DNA from: Prevotella sp. | GTDB taxonomy: Bacteria; Bacteroidota; Bacteroidia; Bacteroidales; Bacteroidaceae | Assembly (NCBI GenBank): GCA_017449675.1 | Contig: JAFTFG010000005.1 | Span: 11,018 to 75,017, forward strand | DNA: 64,000 bases | Direction: 5' to 3' | Shown here: positions 10,251-19,393 of the stretch, piece by piece | Layout: every line of letters begins with the position of its first letter | How positions within the stretch are numbered: the first letter of the stretch is position 1 | Made by a program: the position numbers and the translations under genes | The notes under the pieces: generated by a model | Databases searched by the model: none | Seen by the model: only the letters and a program-made list of their open reading frames with translations | Told to the model about the DNA's origin: nothing

Positions 10251-11359
10251 ATAGTTTTAGGATGTCTGTTGCGGATTAAAATTCTGAAATATGCTTTTTT
10301 CGGTTTTCCTTTGTAGGTTAAAACGAGTGTTCTCATATTAGCAGTGTAATGCCCTGTACCTCCTGCTTTACGATAACGTTCCATCCATTCTTTGCCAATA
10401 GGCTGTATTCCCAAGGATTCAGCGAAGTCGTTTGTTTCTGCACCAATTAATTCAAATTGTTCAGGATTATGTTTGTCTAAGAATGTTATGGGTACTCCCA
10501 TTATTCCAGGATAGTCACATGGTATATCCATTGTACTGCTTACATCAATAGCATCATAGTTATCATATTTAGGATATTCTTCTGGTGAGTATCTGCAAAC
10601 CAAATCAAGTTCCTCATTTCGTTTAGGAATTTCAAGATTAGTAAACCAATTGACTCCTGAAACGCGAATCATGTCTTTTTTGTGGTCACCTGCTGTTGCA
10701 ATGTCTTCATAAGGAGAAAAGAAATGTGCAGCCCCTCCTTTAAATCCATATCCAAGCCATACTTTGTTATCTTTTATAAGAGGGAACACTTCTTTATAGG
10801 TAATCGCATTTTGATGACCTATTATTAAAAACTTCTTGTCATACTCCATCAGTTGCCCAATGTACTCACGGAACAAAGAAAACGGTGGGTTAGTCACAAC
10901 GATATCTGCCTGCTTCAGCAATCCAATGCACTCAGGGTCTCGGAAATCACCAGTCTTTAAAGTTGAGAGTACATTCTTATCGTTCTTCATTAGATATTGA
11001 ACATCACTGAGGTCTACAGCCCCGTCGCCATTTAAATCCTTCACCTCTGTTATCTCCACCTTATACGCAACCTTCTTCGGCTCGTCCTCAAAGTCGCCGA
11101 AGTCAATCATCAGTTCATTGCCCTGCACAGGTGAACCATTATAACAGGTGCAGATGAGTTTCTTCAACTTCAGTTGGTTGAAGCGAAGAGCGAAATACTT
11201 GAAGAAGTTACTCTCGTAAGGGTCATCACAATTGCAAAGTACTGTCTTGCCATCGAAATGCTGCCAATAGTGTTGCAACTCACGTTCGATGTCAGTCATT
11301 TGAGTGTAAAACTCATCTTTTTTCGCTGTCTTTGCAGCATTCAGATTCTTGTTAGCCAT
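10247..11359 (-). CDS. EcoRI-family adenine-specific DNA methyltransferase
   Basis: AKKDEFYT, VLCNCDDP, DIVVTNPPFSLFREY (motif IV), MGVPITFLDK. Its stop overlaps the nuclease start by 4 bp. Confidence 0.9.
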   Translation of the reverse strand: MANKNLNAAKTAKKDEFYTQMTDIERELQHYWQHFDGKTVLCNCDDPYESNFFKYFALRFNQLKLKKLICTCYNGSPVQGNELMIDFGDFEDEPKKVAYKVEITEVKDLNGDGAVDLSDVQYLMKNDKNVLSTLKTGDFRDPECIGLLKQADIVVTNPPFSLFREYIGQLMEYDKKFLIIGHQNAITYKEVFPLIKDNKVWLGYGFKGGAAHFFSPYEDIATAGDHKKDMIRVSGVNWFTNLEIPKRNEELDLVCRYSPEEYPKYDNYDAIDVSSTMDIPCDYPGIMGVPITFLDKHNPEQFELIGAETNDFAESLGIQPIGKEWMERYRKAGGTGHYTANMRTLVLTYKGKPKKAYFRILIRNRHPKTI

Positions 11360-11440
11360 ACGCCATGCATTAGTGCGTATTGCTTATCTTCGGAGATGAG
11401 GCAATAATAGAGCAAAAAAGACATGGACGTTTCCAATCCA

Positions 11441-11560
11441 CATCTTACGGCTCTACCACAAGCCTCAAATACCAGATAAGTCACGCCCATGCATTACGCA
11501 CAGACGTTTGCAACTTACTCTTCGGTATTTGGTCTTTTGAATGTGGTAGATTCTAAGATG
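11441..11560 (-). promoter_or_regulatory. Long imperfect hairpin in the methylase 5' leader (candidate cis-regulatory RNA)
   Basis: Nested complementary arms catctta/taagatg, tctaccaca/tgtggtaga, caaatacc/ggtatttg, taagt/actta. Confidence 0.55.
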
Positions 11561-11643
11561 TTCCGAATAACAGCAAACGCTTGTTATATTTCCACAAAAG
11601 TCACATCACCCACTTTCTCTAAAGCATTCGGGCAATGCAGGAG

Positions 11644-11651
11644 CAAAGATA
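11644..11651 (-). promoter_or_regulatory. Bacteroidetes -7 promoter element (TATCTTTG) for the methylase operon
   Basis: Matches the TAnnTTTG consensus on the minus strand upstream of the leader. Confidence 0.55.
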
Positions 11652-11858
11652 GCGATTATTTTTGAAACAAAAAAGAAAAAGGGGAAAATAATTATTTCAC
11701 TATCGCACTCCATCCACCGCATAGGGCGAGATGGATCTGCAGTGTATCCCCTTTCTTGACTGTTTGTGTGGTCTTTAGTTTCCCTAAATCGGCTCAAAAC
11801 ACGTGATATTCATGTGTATTTTTAACTCATAATGAGCCGATAATTGGAAAATATTCAC

Positions 11859-11866
11859 TAACTTTG
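11859..11866 (+). promoter_or_regulatory. Bacteroidetes -7 promoter element (TAACTTTG) for the Fic gene
   Basis: TAnnTTTG about 22 bp upstream of the ATG at 11889. Confidence 0.6.
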
Positions 11867-11888
11867 CACCGATTTAAAGTCTTTAGAG

Positions 11889-12923
11889 ATGGATACATCA
11901 AGAGAGATTTTACAGTTTCTGCATTACCATCCGCTGTCTTCGCGTGATGAAATTGCAAAGGGCATAGCCTTCGAAGGAAGTGATGCCACTTTGAAGCGTC
12001 TTATTGCGGCAGGTGTTCAGAACGACGATATTGTCGTCGAGGGCAAGGCTCGTGCCACTCGTTACCGTCTTTCTGATCAGGCTCATCTGTTGATGCCGCT
12101 CAATCTGGATACATACTTTGCTGTTGATGTGGATAAGCGGCAGGTTCAGGCATCTTTCAACTTTGAACTGATTCGTGAGCAACTTCCAGTCGTCAGGCTT
12201 TTCACTGCCGAAGAGAATGCACATCTTCAAGAGTTACAGGCAGAGTTTCGTCAGCATGTGAGTGAGATGAGCGAAAACGAATATCGTAAGGAGATGGAGC
12301 GTTTGGGCATTGACCTCAGTTGGAAATCGTCGCAGATAGAAGGCAATACCTATTCTTTGCTGGAAACTGAACGTCTGCTTCGTGAGAGTAAGACGGCCGA
12401 TGGTAAGACCAAGGAAGAAGCCGTGATGCTGCTCAACCATAAGGATGCCTTGCGTTTCATCCTCGATAATCCTGATTATCTGCGGATCTTGACGGTCAGC
12501 CACATTGAGGATATTCATCAGTTGCTTACCAAGGAACTCTCAGTAGATAGAGGTATCCGTCATCGTCGTGTAGGTATCACAGGAACAAATTATCATCCTT
12601 TAGATAATGAATTCCAGATACGTGAGGCGATGCACGATACATGCGACTTGATAAACAGCAAGGGCAGCATTTTCGAGAAAGCATTGCTGACGCTTGTGCT
12701 GCTGTCGTATATTCAGGCATTCTCTGATGGCAACAAGCGAACAGCCCGCATCACCAGCAATGCCATTCTGATAGCCAATGGTTATTGCCCGTTGAGTTTT
12801 CGCTCTGTCGATTCTATCGACTATAAGAAGGCGATGCTCATTTTCTACGAACAGAATAATCTCTATGCTTTCAAACAAATCTTCATCGACCAGTTCGAGT
12901 TTGCGGTAAGAGAATATTTTTAA
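11889..12923 (+). CDS. Fic family protein with N-terminal HTH
   Basis: SSQIEGN autoinhibitory motif; Fic-like motif QAFSDGNKRTAR; N-terminal winged-helix-like segment. Confidence 0.9.
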   Translation: MDTSREILQFLHYHPLSSRDEIAKGIAFEGSDATLKRLIAAGVQNDDIVVEGKARATRYRLSDQAHLLMPLNLDTYFAVDVDKRQVQASFNFELIREQLPVVRLFTAEENAHLQELQAEFRQHVSEMSENEYRKEMERLGIDLSWKSSQIEGNTYSLLETERLLRESKTADGKTKEEAVMLLNHKDALRFILDNPDYLRILTVSHIEDIHQLLTKELSVDRGIRHRRVGITGTNYHPLDNEFQIREAMHDTCDLINSKGSIFEKALLTLVLLSYIQAFSDGNKRTARITSNAILIANGYCPLSFRSVDSIDYKKAMLIFYEQNNLYAFKQIFIDQFEFAVREYF

Positions 12924-12945
12924 AGAAAACCGTCCCCATCATCCG

Positions 12946-14505
12946 TTAATTGAAATAGATGTATAGTCCTATCATGACGATAGCCAAGGCTATCCATAGC
13001 CCAATGGCAAGTTTTGACTGGCTCTCATGTACGGGAGCCGGTATTTCGTAGACGGTCTTGTCTTTGTCCGTCAGACTGATTACCACCATTGAGGCAACAA
13101 GGATGATGAACAACTCGAACGACAACAGCATGAAGTGCGGCCAAGGGAACTGAAGCCATTCGGGCGGCCATAGATAGAGAATACCGACGGTCAGGCAGAA
13201 AATGGTGCCAACGGTCAAGGCAAAGTTGGCGGCACGTGTTGTGGTGCGTTTCCAGAAAATACCAAGGACGAAAACTGCCGCCATCGGGGGAGCGATGAAG
13301 CCCAGGACACTCTGGAACACATTGAAGAGGTTGAGTCCTTTGATGGCATCAATGGCAATGGTGAGGACGATGGCAAGGGCGGCACCGATAACCGTTACTA
13401 ATCGTCCTACCATATTAATCTCCCATTGTGGAGCACCAGGTTTGAAGTTCTTGACGTAGACATCCATGGTAAATACAGTGCTTAACGCATTGAGCGCAGA
13501 GCCTATCGTGGATACCAGACATGCCGTCAGCACGGCAAATACCAAGCCTACCATTCCCACAGGAAACAGATTCTCCACCATCGTCAGGTATGCCTCGTCA
13601 GGATTCTCCAACGTGGGGAAGAGGGCAAAGCAGATAACACCTGGAAGGATATACAGGGCGACATCCAGAATCTTTAGCCATCCCGTGAAGTTAGTGCCCA
13701 GTTGTCCCTCCCGTAAATCCTTAGCGGCAAGGACAGGTTGCACCATGCTCTGGTCAGTACACCAGAACCAGATGCCCATCACCGGGTAGCCGAGGATAAT
13801 AGGCAACCAAGGGAATGCCTCGTCGGTGTTGGGCTTGAACATCACCCAATAGTCGGCAGGAACCTTGGCGACCAAGGCAGAGACACCTCCAACATGGTCA
13901 AGACCGACAATCACCAAGATCAGTGATACAACGATGAGCAGGATCATCTGATAGACATTGGTATAGGCGACAGCCTTCAGTCCTCCCAGCATCGTGAAGA
14001 AGGCGGAGATGATCAGCAATACCAATGCCGACATCCACATCGGGATATCGAATACCTGTCGGATCAGGATACCGCCGGCAAAGAGTGTCAGGGCAAGCCA
14101 GGATATGATGATGGTGGCAATGGTATACCAAGCGAGGATATTCCTCGTAGACTGTCCGAAGCGCAATCCCATGAACTCTGGCAGCGTATGCACCTTGGCT
14201 CCTAAGTAACGGGGAGCAAAGACAAAGGCAAGCAGGGCAATGAACACAAAGGCATACCACGCATAGTTGCCAGAGACAATACCTGTCGTGAATCCCGCTG
14301 AGGCGGAGGCTATTAGCATGGAGGGACCGACATTCGTTCCCCACATGGAGAAACCGATATGGTGCCAGCGCAGGGAGTGCTCTGCGAGGAACAGGGAACC
14401 CTCTTTCTTTCGTTTGGTACTTGCCCATACACCGATGGCAAGTAGAATGATGAAATAGATCGCAAGGATTATCCAGTCAAGAGACTGCATGTAATGTGTA
14501 TTCAT
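12946..14505 (-). CDS. Sodium:solute symporter (SGLT-like sugar transporter)
   Basis: Many TM helices; GGLKAVAYT and WFWCTDQSMVQ motifs of SLC5 sugar symporters. Confidence 0.92.
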   Translation of the reverse strand: MNTHYMQSLDWIILAIYFIILLAIGVWASTKRKKEGSLFLAEHSLRWHHIGFSMWGTNVGPSMLIASASAGFTTGIVSGNYAWYAFVFIALLAFVFAPRYLGAKVHTLPEFMGLRFGQSTRNILAWYTIATIIISWLALTLFAGGILIRQVFDIPMWMSALVLLIISAFFTMLGGLKAVAYTNVYQMILLIVVSLILVIVGLDHVGGVSALVAKVPADYWVMFKPNTDEAFPWLPIILGYPVMGIWFWCTDQSMVQPVLAAKDLREGQLGTNFTGWLKILDVALYILPGVICFALFPTLENPDEAYLTMVENLFPVGMVGLVFAVLTACLVSTIGSALNALSTVFTMDVYVKNFKPGAPQWEINMVGRLVTVIGAALAIVLTIAIDAIKGLNLFNVFQSVLGFIAPPMAAVFVLGIFWKRTTTRAANFALTVGTIFCLTVGILYLWPPEWLQFPWPHFMLLSFELFIILVASMVVISLTDKDKTVYEIPAPVHESQSKLAIGLWIALAIVMIGLYIYFN

Positions 14506-16775
14506 AGTGTGATGCCTTTAAAGTTGTGTGTAATGGTGATATCAGTAGATTGTGAGAGATCCATATCGTCGGTGGAGTCGACATCATGCGGGTACATCTT
14601 GATGACAGCGTCGGGACGAACAAAGACGGGCATCTGGTCGAGGGGCACCTCCACCTGATAGTACCAGCGACCGCCCTCCAGACACTCACCTGTCAGGAAG
14701 TTGACCCATGGTCCTTCGGGCAGGTAGATATCCCGACGGTTGTCTGCGTTCATCACAGGACATACCAGCAGTTCATTGCCGAAGTAGTACTCATCGTCGA
14801 TATGCCATACCTGTCGGTCGTGAGGATGATGGAACAGCAATGCCTGAACGAGAGGAAGACCACTCTGGCAGGCAAGTTCAGACTGCTCTACGATATAGGG
14901 AAGCAGGCGATAGCGGAGTTTCCACCAACGCTTGACAATCGGGGCAATCTCAGGGTAATGCCATGGCTCCCGCTTACAGGTGCCATGATAGCGCATATGG
15001 GAGGTGAACACTCCAAACTGGGTCCAGCGCACATAGACTTGCTCATCAAGGGGGGAGTTCATGAAGTCGGGTGTGGAATGGAATCCAGGTACGTCATGAC
15101 TCCAGAAAGCGAAGCCAGAGAGTCCTAAGTGGAGTCCACCTTTGAGAGAGCCAGCCATACCAGCCCATGAACTCTCGCTGTCACCACCCCAATGGAGAGG
15201 ATAACGCTGGCAGCCCGCCCACCCGGCACGTGCCCAGATAATACCGTCGCCAGTTACCTCACGGGTCACCTCATAGGCTGCTTTCTGGTAGAGCAGGGCA
15301 TAGATGTTATTCAGTCGCTCTGGTGTCGACGCATGGTACTGGTGATCCATGTGGATATTCTCTCCGAAGTCGGTCTTGATGCACTTCACCCCTATGTCCA
15401 GTAACGGTTTCAGTAAGGTGTACTTATACCAGTCGGTTGCCTTGGGATATGTGAAGTCAATCGTTCCTGCATAGTCGAGGGCGGAGAAGTTGGAGGCTCC
15501 ACCTGTTGATGTGTCCTCTTCCTTCGTCGGTTGACTGATGTATTTGTTCTGCTTTGCCTCCTCCAACTGCTCGGCACCTTGGGCGATATAAGGCAGTTGC
15601 CAGAGGGACACCTTGAAACCTTGCTCTTTCAGTCTGCTGATGAACGCCTTGGGGGCGGGGAAACGCTCAGGGTTGAACTTCCATTCGCAGAGCCAGTCGG
15701 TACGGAACCAGCCTGTATCGAGGTGAATGACATCGCAGGGGTAGTGCTCCTCTCGCAGGTGGTGACAGATATCCTCCACCTCATCGGCGGAGAAATAGGT
15801 CATACGACTCATCCAGATACCGAAACTCCAAAGGGGAGGCATGGCAGGAAAGCCCGTCAGCATGCGATATCCTCTCAGAATCTCTTCTGGGTTCTGTCCG
15901 CCGATGAGGAATACATCCAGTGTAGCACGGTCGCACATAAACTGCACACTCCTTGCGCTGTGGTCAGCGAGGGATAACTTGCAGTAGTCGGAGGTGTGGT
16001 AAAAGACACCATACATACGACTGGACAGGTAGAACGGGATGTTCTTATAGCAGCGACGGTTGTTGACACCCTGTCCGTCTTGGTTCTTCAACTGGAACGT
16101 CTGTCCGCTGAGGTCCATCTTACGGAACCGCTCGCCAGTACCCACAAAGTGCTCGTCAGCATCACTTTGGAAGGAGATGGTGGCTCGCTCGGGCTTGGGG
16201 GCTGCGACAGTGTCGCAGCATACTGAACAGAAGCCGAGCGGCAGGGCATCATAGCGGGGTGGTGAGAAATGGTCGTCGCTGAGGGCAACAGGCTTAGAGG
16301 TGTCGCCATCAGGATAGAAAGTGATAAACGGTGCTGGTTGCGGAGCAGGCAGGAGGTCGCTCCAATGGTCGAGGCGAGGGGCCTCCAGATTGATGGTGGC
16401 GAGTTTCTTGTCATTCGCTGCGACAATGTCGCAGCATACGGAACCATGGAGACGGAGGGGCTGGCGCCTCACGACTGGTGCCATCTCTAGCATCTCGTCA
16501 TGGTCCGTCATCTCGTCATCCGTCATCGTCGTAAACAAGCGGATGATGTTAGGCTCATAGGCACGGATGATAAGGTCATAGGTCTGCTGGGGAGTACCCG
16601 TGTCAGGCTCCATGTCCTCTTGATGTCTCTGTTTCTGGTAAGGGATGGTGATGATGATATCCCCGTCACGCTCTACAATCTTCGTAGGCGCATAGGCTTT
16701 CCACAGACTCTCGTCCCGCTGTAGGGTCGGGTCGAAGTCCATGAAGTCAAAGAGATGGTAGTTAGTTTGTTTCAT
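14502..16775 (-). CDS. GH31 alpha-xylosidase (YicI-like), no signal peptide
   Basis: YKNIPFY, DVIHLDTGW, catalytic KTDFGE and WGGD, WSHDVPGF, REPW. The N-terminus is hydrophilic. Confidence 0.9.
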   Translation of the reverse strand: MKQTNYHLFDFMDFDPTLQRDESLWKAYAPTKIVERDGDIIITIPYQKQRHQEDMEPDTGTPQQTYDLIIRAYEPNIIRLFTTMTDDEMTDHDEMLEMAPVVRRQPLRLHGSVCCDIVAANDKKLATINLEAPRLDHWSDLLPAPQPAPFITFYPDGDTSKPVALSDDHFSPPRYDALPLGFCSVCCDTVAAPKPERATISFQSDADEHFVGTGERFRKMDLSGQTFQLKNQDGQGVNNRRCYKNIPFYLSSRMYGVFYHTSDYCKLSLADHSARSVQFMCDRATLDVFLIGGQNPEEILRGYRMLTGFPAMPPLWSFGIWMSRMTYFSADEVEDICHHLREEHYPCDVIHLDTGWFRTDWLCEWKFNPERFPAPKAFISRLKEQGFKVSLWQLPYIAQGAEQLEEAKQNKYISQPTKEEDTSTGGASNFSALDYAGTIDFTYPKATDWYKYTLLKPLLDIGVKCIKTDFGENIHMDHQYHASTPERLNNIYALLYQKAAYEVTREVTGDGIIWARAGWAGCQRYPLHWGGDSESSWAGMAGSLKGGLHLGLSGFAFWSHDVPGFHSTPDFMNSPLDEQVYVRWTQFGVFTSHMRYHGTCKREPWHYPEIAPIVKRWWKLRYRLLPYIVEQSELACQSGLPLVQALLFHHPHDRQVWHIDDEYYFGNELLVCPVMNADNRRDIYLPEGPWVNFLTGECLEGGRWYYQVEVPLDQMPVFVRPDAVIKMYPHDVDSTDDMDLSQSTDITITHNFKGITL
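16201..16228. repeat. Intragenic palindromic element
   Basis: gctgcgaca-g-tgtcgcagc + atactgaac, read in GH31 as SVCCDTVAA. Confidence 0.8.
16417..16444. repeat. Intragenic palindromic element
   Basis: gctgcgaca-a-tgtcgcagc + atacggaac, read in GH31 as SVCCDIVAA. Confidence 0.8.
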
Positions 16776-18268
16776 TGTTTGAATATAAGGTTAGGACCAA
16801 GGTGGTTGTCGCCAATCTCGTCACGACGAATCAGTCGGTCGCCTGTCTGGTTGTTCTCTATCGTAAACCCGTCTGTCCGTGCATCGAGATAGATGCGGAA
16901 ACCACGGTTGTTGGTAGCGTATGGGGCAGGATGGGGCTGACTGATCTCATTATCCCTGATTCTGGAGTACGGTTGGTTGGACAAGGTGTAGATGCCACCT
17001 GCGTCATATAGTTGTCGGGCATAGTCGCTCACCTTATTATTAATAATAAGATTATTCCGCATGCCTGTGTCAAGGGGTGTCCATCCCCAACCGATGCAGA
17101 TACCGCTATAGTTGACATGACTGACGGTATTTTGGGAAATGACACAGTCACGTACATAGCCGCAACTGATGGCAACGGCTCCCCAATCTTCGTTGGTGGC
17201 ATCATGGATGCTGTTGGCTGATATGTTAAGCATCTGGCATTGCGAGGCAAGGTCGGTATATGGACGATGAACTTCACGAGGACTTTCTGCGAAAGAACCG
17301 ACCATGATTGCCGTGCCACCTATGTGCTCAAAGATGTTGTTGATAATAGAACTTTCGCTGACACCATAGAAGTCTATAGCAGTTGCAGCAAGATATTGGA
17401 ACCTGCAACTGATGATACTGACCTTTTTTGAATTCCTGACGGTGACAGCACTGACAGGACGTTCTATCCACGCTTGGTTCTCCAGTCCTTCGTCCCAGGG
17501 TAGTCCTGGGTTCTCCTTTAGTTTATAGGCATCAATAAGAGGGAAACCACCTTGCAGGGTGACGTGTCCTTTGTGTAGGGGACGGTTCCAACAGGTGTTC
17601 TCAAAGGTCAGGGTTCCGAAGATAACACAGTCGGCACCATCGACGATGACCAGTTGCTCCACGCCGTCCCGCTGTTCTGTGGTCCTCAAGAGGAAGGAAC
17701 TATTGCCACGCTCCCCACCGATGACGGGTTGTGGCCAAGGATGCTCGAACTCCAAGCGACTCTCAGGTTCCATGAAAGAGACAATCGTCTGGTCGCCCTG
17801 CACCTTCATCTCTTTGACTCGAAGGATGGCAATCGCCCAACGCTGATGCACTACCATTTCCAGATTCTTCGTTTCCAACACCTCTTTAGGGGGCGTAGGA
17901 ATGGTGATGGTACGATCGACAGTATTGAAATCGATCATGCGTTCCATGCCTTCCTTTGGGAAGAGTTGGGTGTGCTTTTGCATGACATCACCACAGATAA
18001 CGGCATCCCGCTCACCTTGGATGAGGAGTGGGGAGTCTTCCGTCCCACTATCCTCCGGGCGCAGGAACAAAGGCTCATTCATATAGTAACGTCCAGCCTT
18101 CAAAGTGATGATAATACCTCCCTCACATTGTGGGGCATTGGTGCGTCGCCATTCCCGTGCTTTTCGTAAAGCGTCATGCAGACTCTCACCTGGGTTGACG
18201 ATAATCTCACCTGCATGAGAGACATAGGCGACAAGTAATAGAAGAATACAGGTTAGTGTTCGTTTCAT
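16772..18268 (-). CDS. GH141 beta-helix glycosidase (paralogue 1)
   Basis: Signal peptide. FEHPWPQP, GHVTLQGG, LENQAWIERP, NEDWG, YSGICIGWGW and DAGGIYTLSNQP align with the GH141 at 49019-50746. Confidence 0.82.
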   Translation of the reverse strand: MKRTLTCILLLLVAYVSHAGEIIVNPGESLHDALRKAREWRRTNAPQCEGGIIITLKAGRYYMNEPLFLRPEDSGTEDSPLLIQGERDAVICGDVMQKHTQLFPKEGMERMIDFNTVDRTITIPTPPKEVLETKNLEMVVHQRWAIAILRVKEMKVQGDQTIVSFMEPESRLEFEHPWPQPVIGGERGNSSFLLRTTEQRDGVEQLVIVDGADCVIFGTLTFENTCWNRPLHKGHVTLQGGFPLIDAYKLKENPGLPWDEGLENQAWIERPVSAVTVRNSKKVSIISCRFQYLAATAIDFYGVSESSIINNIFEHIGGTAIMVGSFAESPREVHRPYTDLASQCQMLNISANSIHDATNEDWGAVAISCGYVRDCVISQNTVSHVNYSGICIGWGWTPLDTGMRNNLIINNKVSDYARQLYDAGGIYTLSNQPYSRIRDNEISQPHPAPYATNNRGFRIYLDARTDGFTIENNQTGDRLIRRDEIGDNHLGPNLIFKQ

Positions 18269-18382
18269 ATCTTAAAGACGTGAAGAACCTTGAAATGTCA
18301 CCACCACAACAACATTAAACATTAAACTTTGGATAGTGACAAAACAACAGTTTTGTCGTCTTTAATGAAAAAAGCGGAACAG

Positions 18383-19393
18383 ATGAAGCGGAATATGAGA
18401 CAATGGATGGCGGATGTCATCCAACGGAAAGAGGTCATGGCATTGCCTGTGATGACTCACCCAGGTATCGAGATGAATGGCAATACCGTGCGACAGGCAG
18501 TCAGTAACGGACGGGTCCATTATGAGGCTGTGCAGACCTTGGTCAATCGTTATCCTACGGTGGCTGCTGCTACTATCATGGATCTGACGACAGAGGCAGA
18601 GGCTTTTGGTGCGGAGATTGCTTTCAGCGATATTGCGGTACCTGCCGTAGTAGGACATCCTTTGGCAGATGTGGCTGCTATTGAGCGTCTGGAGGTTCCC
18701 TCTCTCTCGGCTGGTCGCATCCCTGCCTATCTGAAGGCAAACCTGCTTGCTGCCCGCCATATCACTGACCGTCCTGTCTTTGCAGGATGTATCGGTCCGT
18801 TCTCTCTTGCCGGTCGTCTGTATGACATGTCGGAGTTGATGATGCTTATCTATGAGAACCCTGATGCCGCCCACCAACTGCTTAGCAAGTGTACGATGTT
18901 CATCAAGAAATACTGTCAGGCTTTGAAGCAGACAGGAGTAGGGGGTGTCATGATGGCGGAGCCTGCCGCAGGTCTGATGTCGGATAAGGACTGTCAGACG
19001 TTCTCCTCTGACTATGTGCGCTATATTGTGAATGAGGTGCAGTCTGACGACTTCCTGATGATTCTCCATAACTGTGGTAATACGGGACATTGTACTCGTG
19101 CGATGGTCAGCACGGGTGCGGCGGCATACCACTTCGGCAATAAGTGTCGTATGGAGGAAGTCATCCGTGACGTTCCGCCCACAGCCCTTGCTATGGGTAA
19201 TATTGATCCTGTGAGTGTTTTCAAGGACGGGATGCCCTCGCAGATGCACCAGACCGTGACAGACTTGTTGGAGAAGATGCGGGATTATCCTAACTTCGTC
19301 CTCTCCAGTGGTTGCGATACACCACCGCATACGCCACAGCATAACGTGGATGCCTTCTTTGAGGCACTCAAAGAGTGGAATGAGCAATCATGA
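18383..19393 (+). CDS. URO-D/MtaA-CmuA family corrinoid methyltransferase
   Basis: DLTTEAEAFG, GPFSLAGRL, Zn-type ILHNCG and SSGCD motifs, GNIDP. Start uncertain (18365 or 18383). Confidence 0.85.
   Translation: MKRNMRQWMADVIQRKEVMALPVMTHPGIEMNGNTVRQAVSNGRVHYEAVQTLVNRYPTVAAATIMDLTTEAEAFGAEIAFSDIAVPAVVGHPLADVAAIERLEVPSLSAGRIPAYLKANLLAARHITDRPVFAGCIGPFSLAGRLYDMSELMMLIYENPDAAHQLLSKCTMFIKKYCQALKQTGVGGVMMAEPAAGLMSDKDCQTFSSDYVRYIVNEVQSDDFLMILHNCGNTGHCTRAMVSTGAAAYHFGNKCRMEEVIRDVPPTALAMGNIDPVSVFKDGMPSQMHQTVTDLLEKMRDYPNFVLSSGCDTPPHTPQHNVDAFFEALKEWNEQS

Noticed and set aside
18269..18382. Cobalamin or SAM riboswitch upstream of the methyltransferase genes
   Set aside because: The gap is short and I see no riboswitch core motifs; the fusion gene has only a 7-bp upstream gap.
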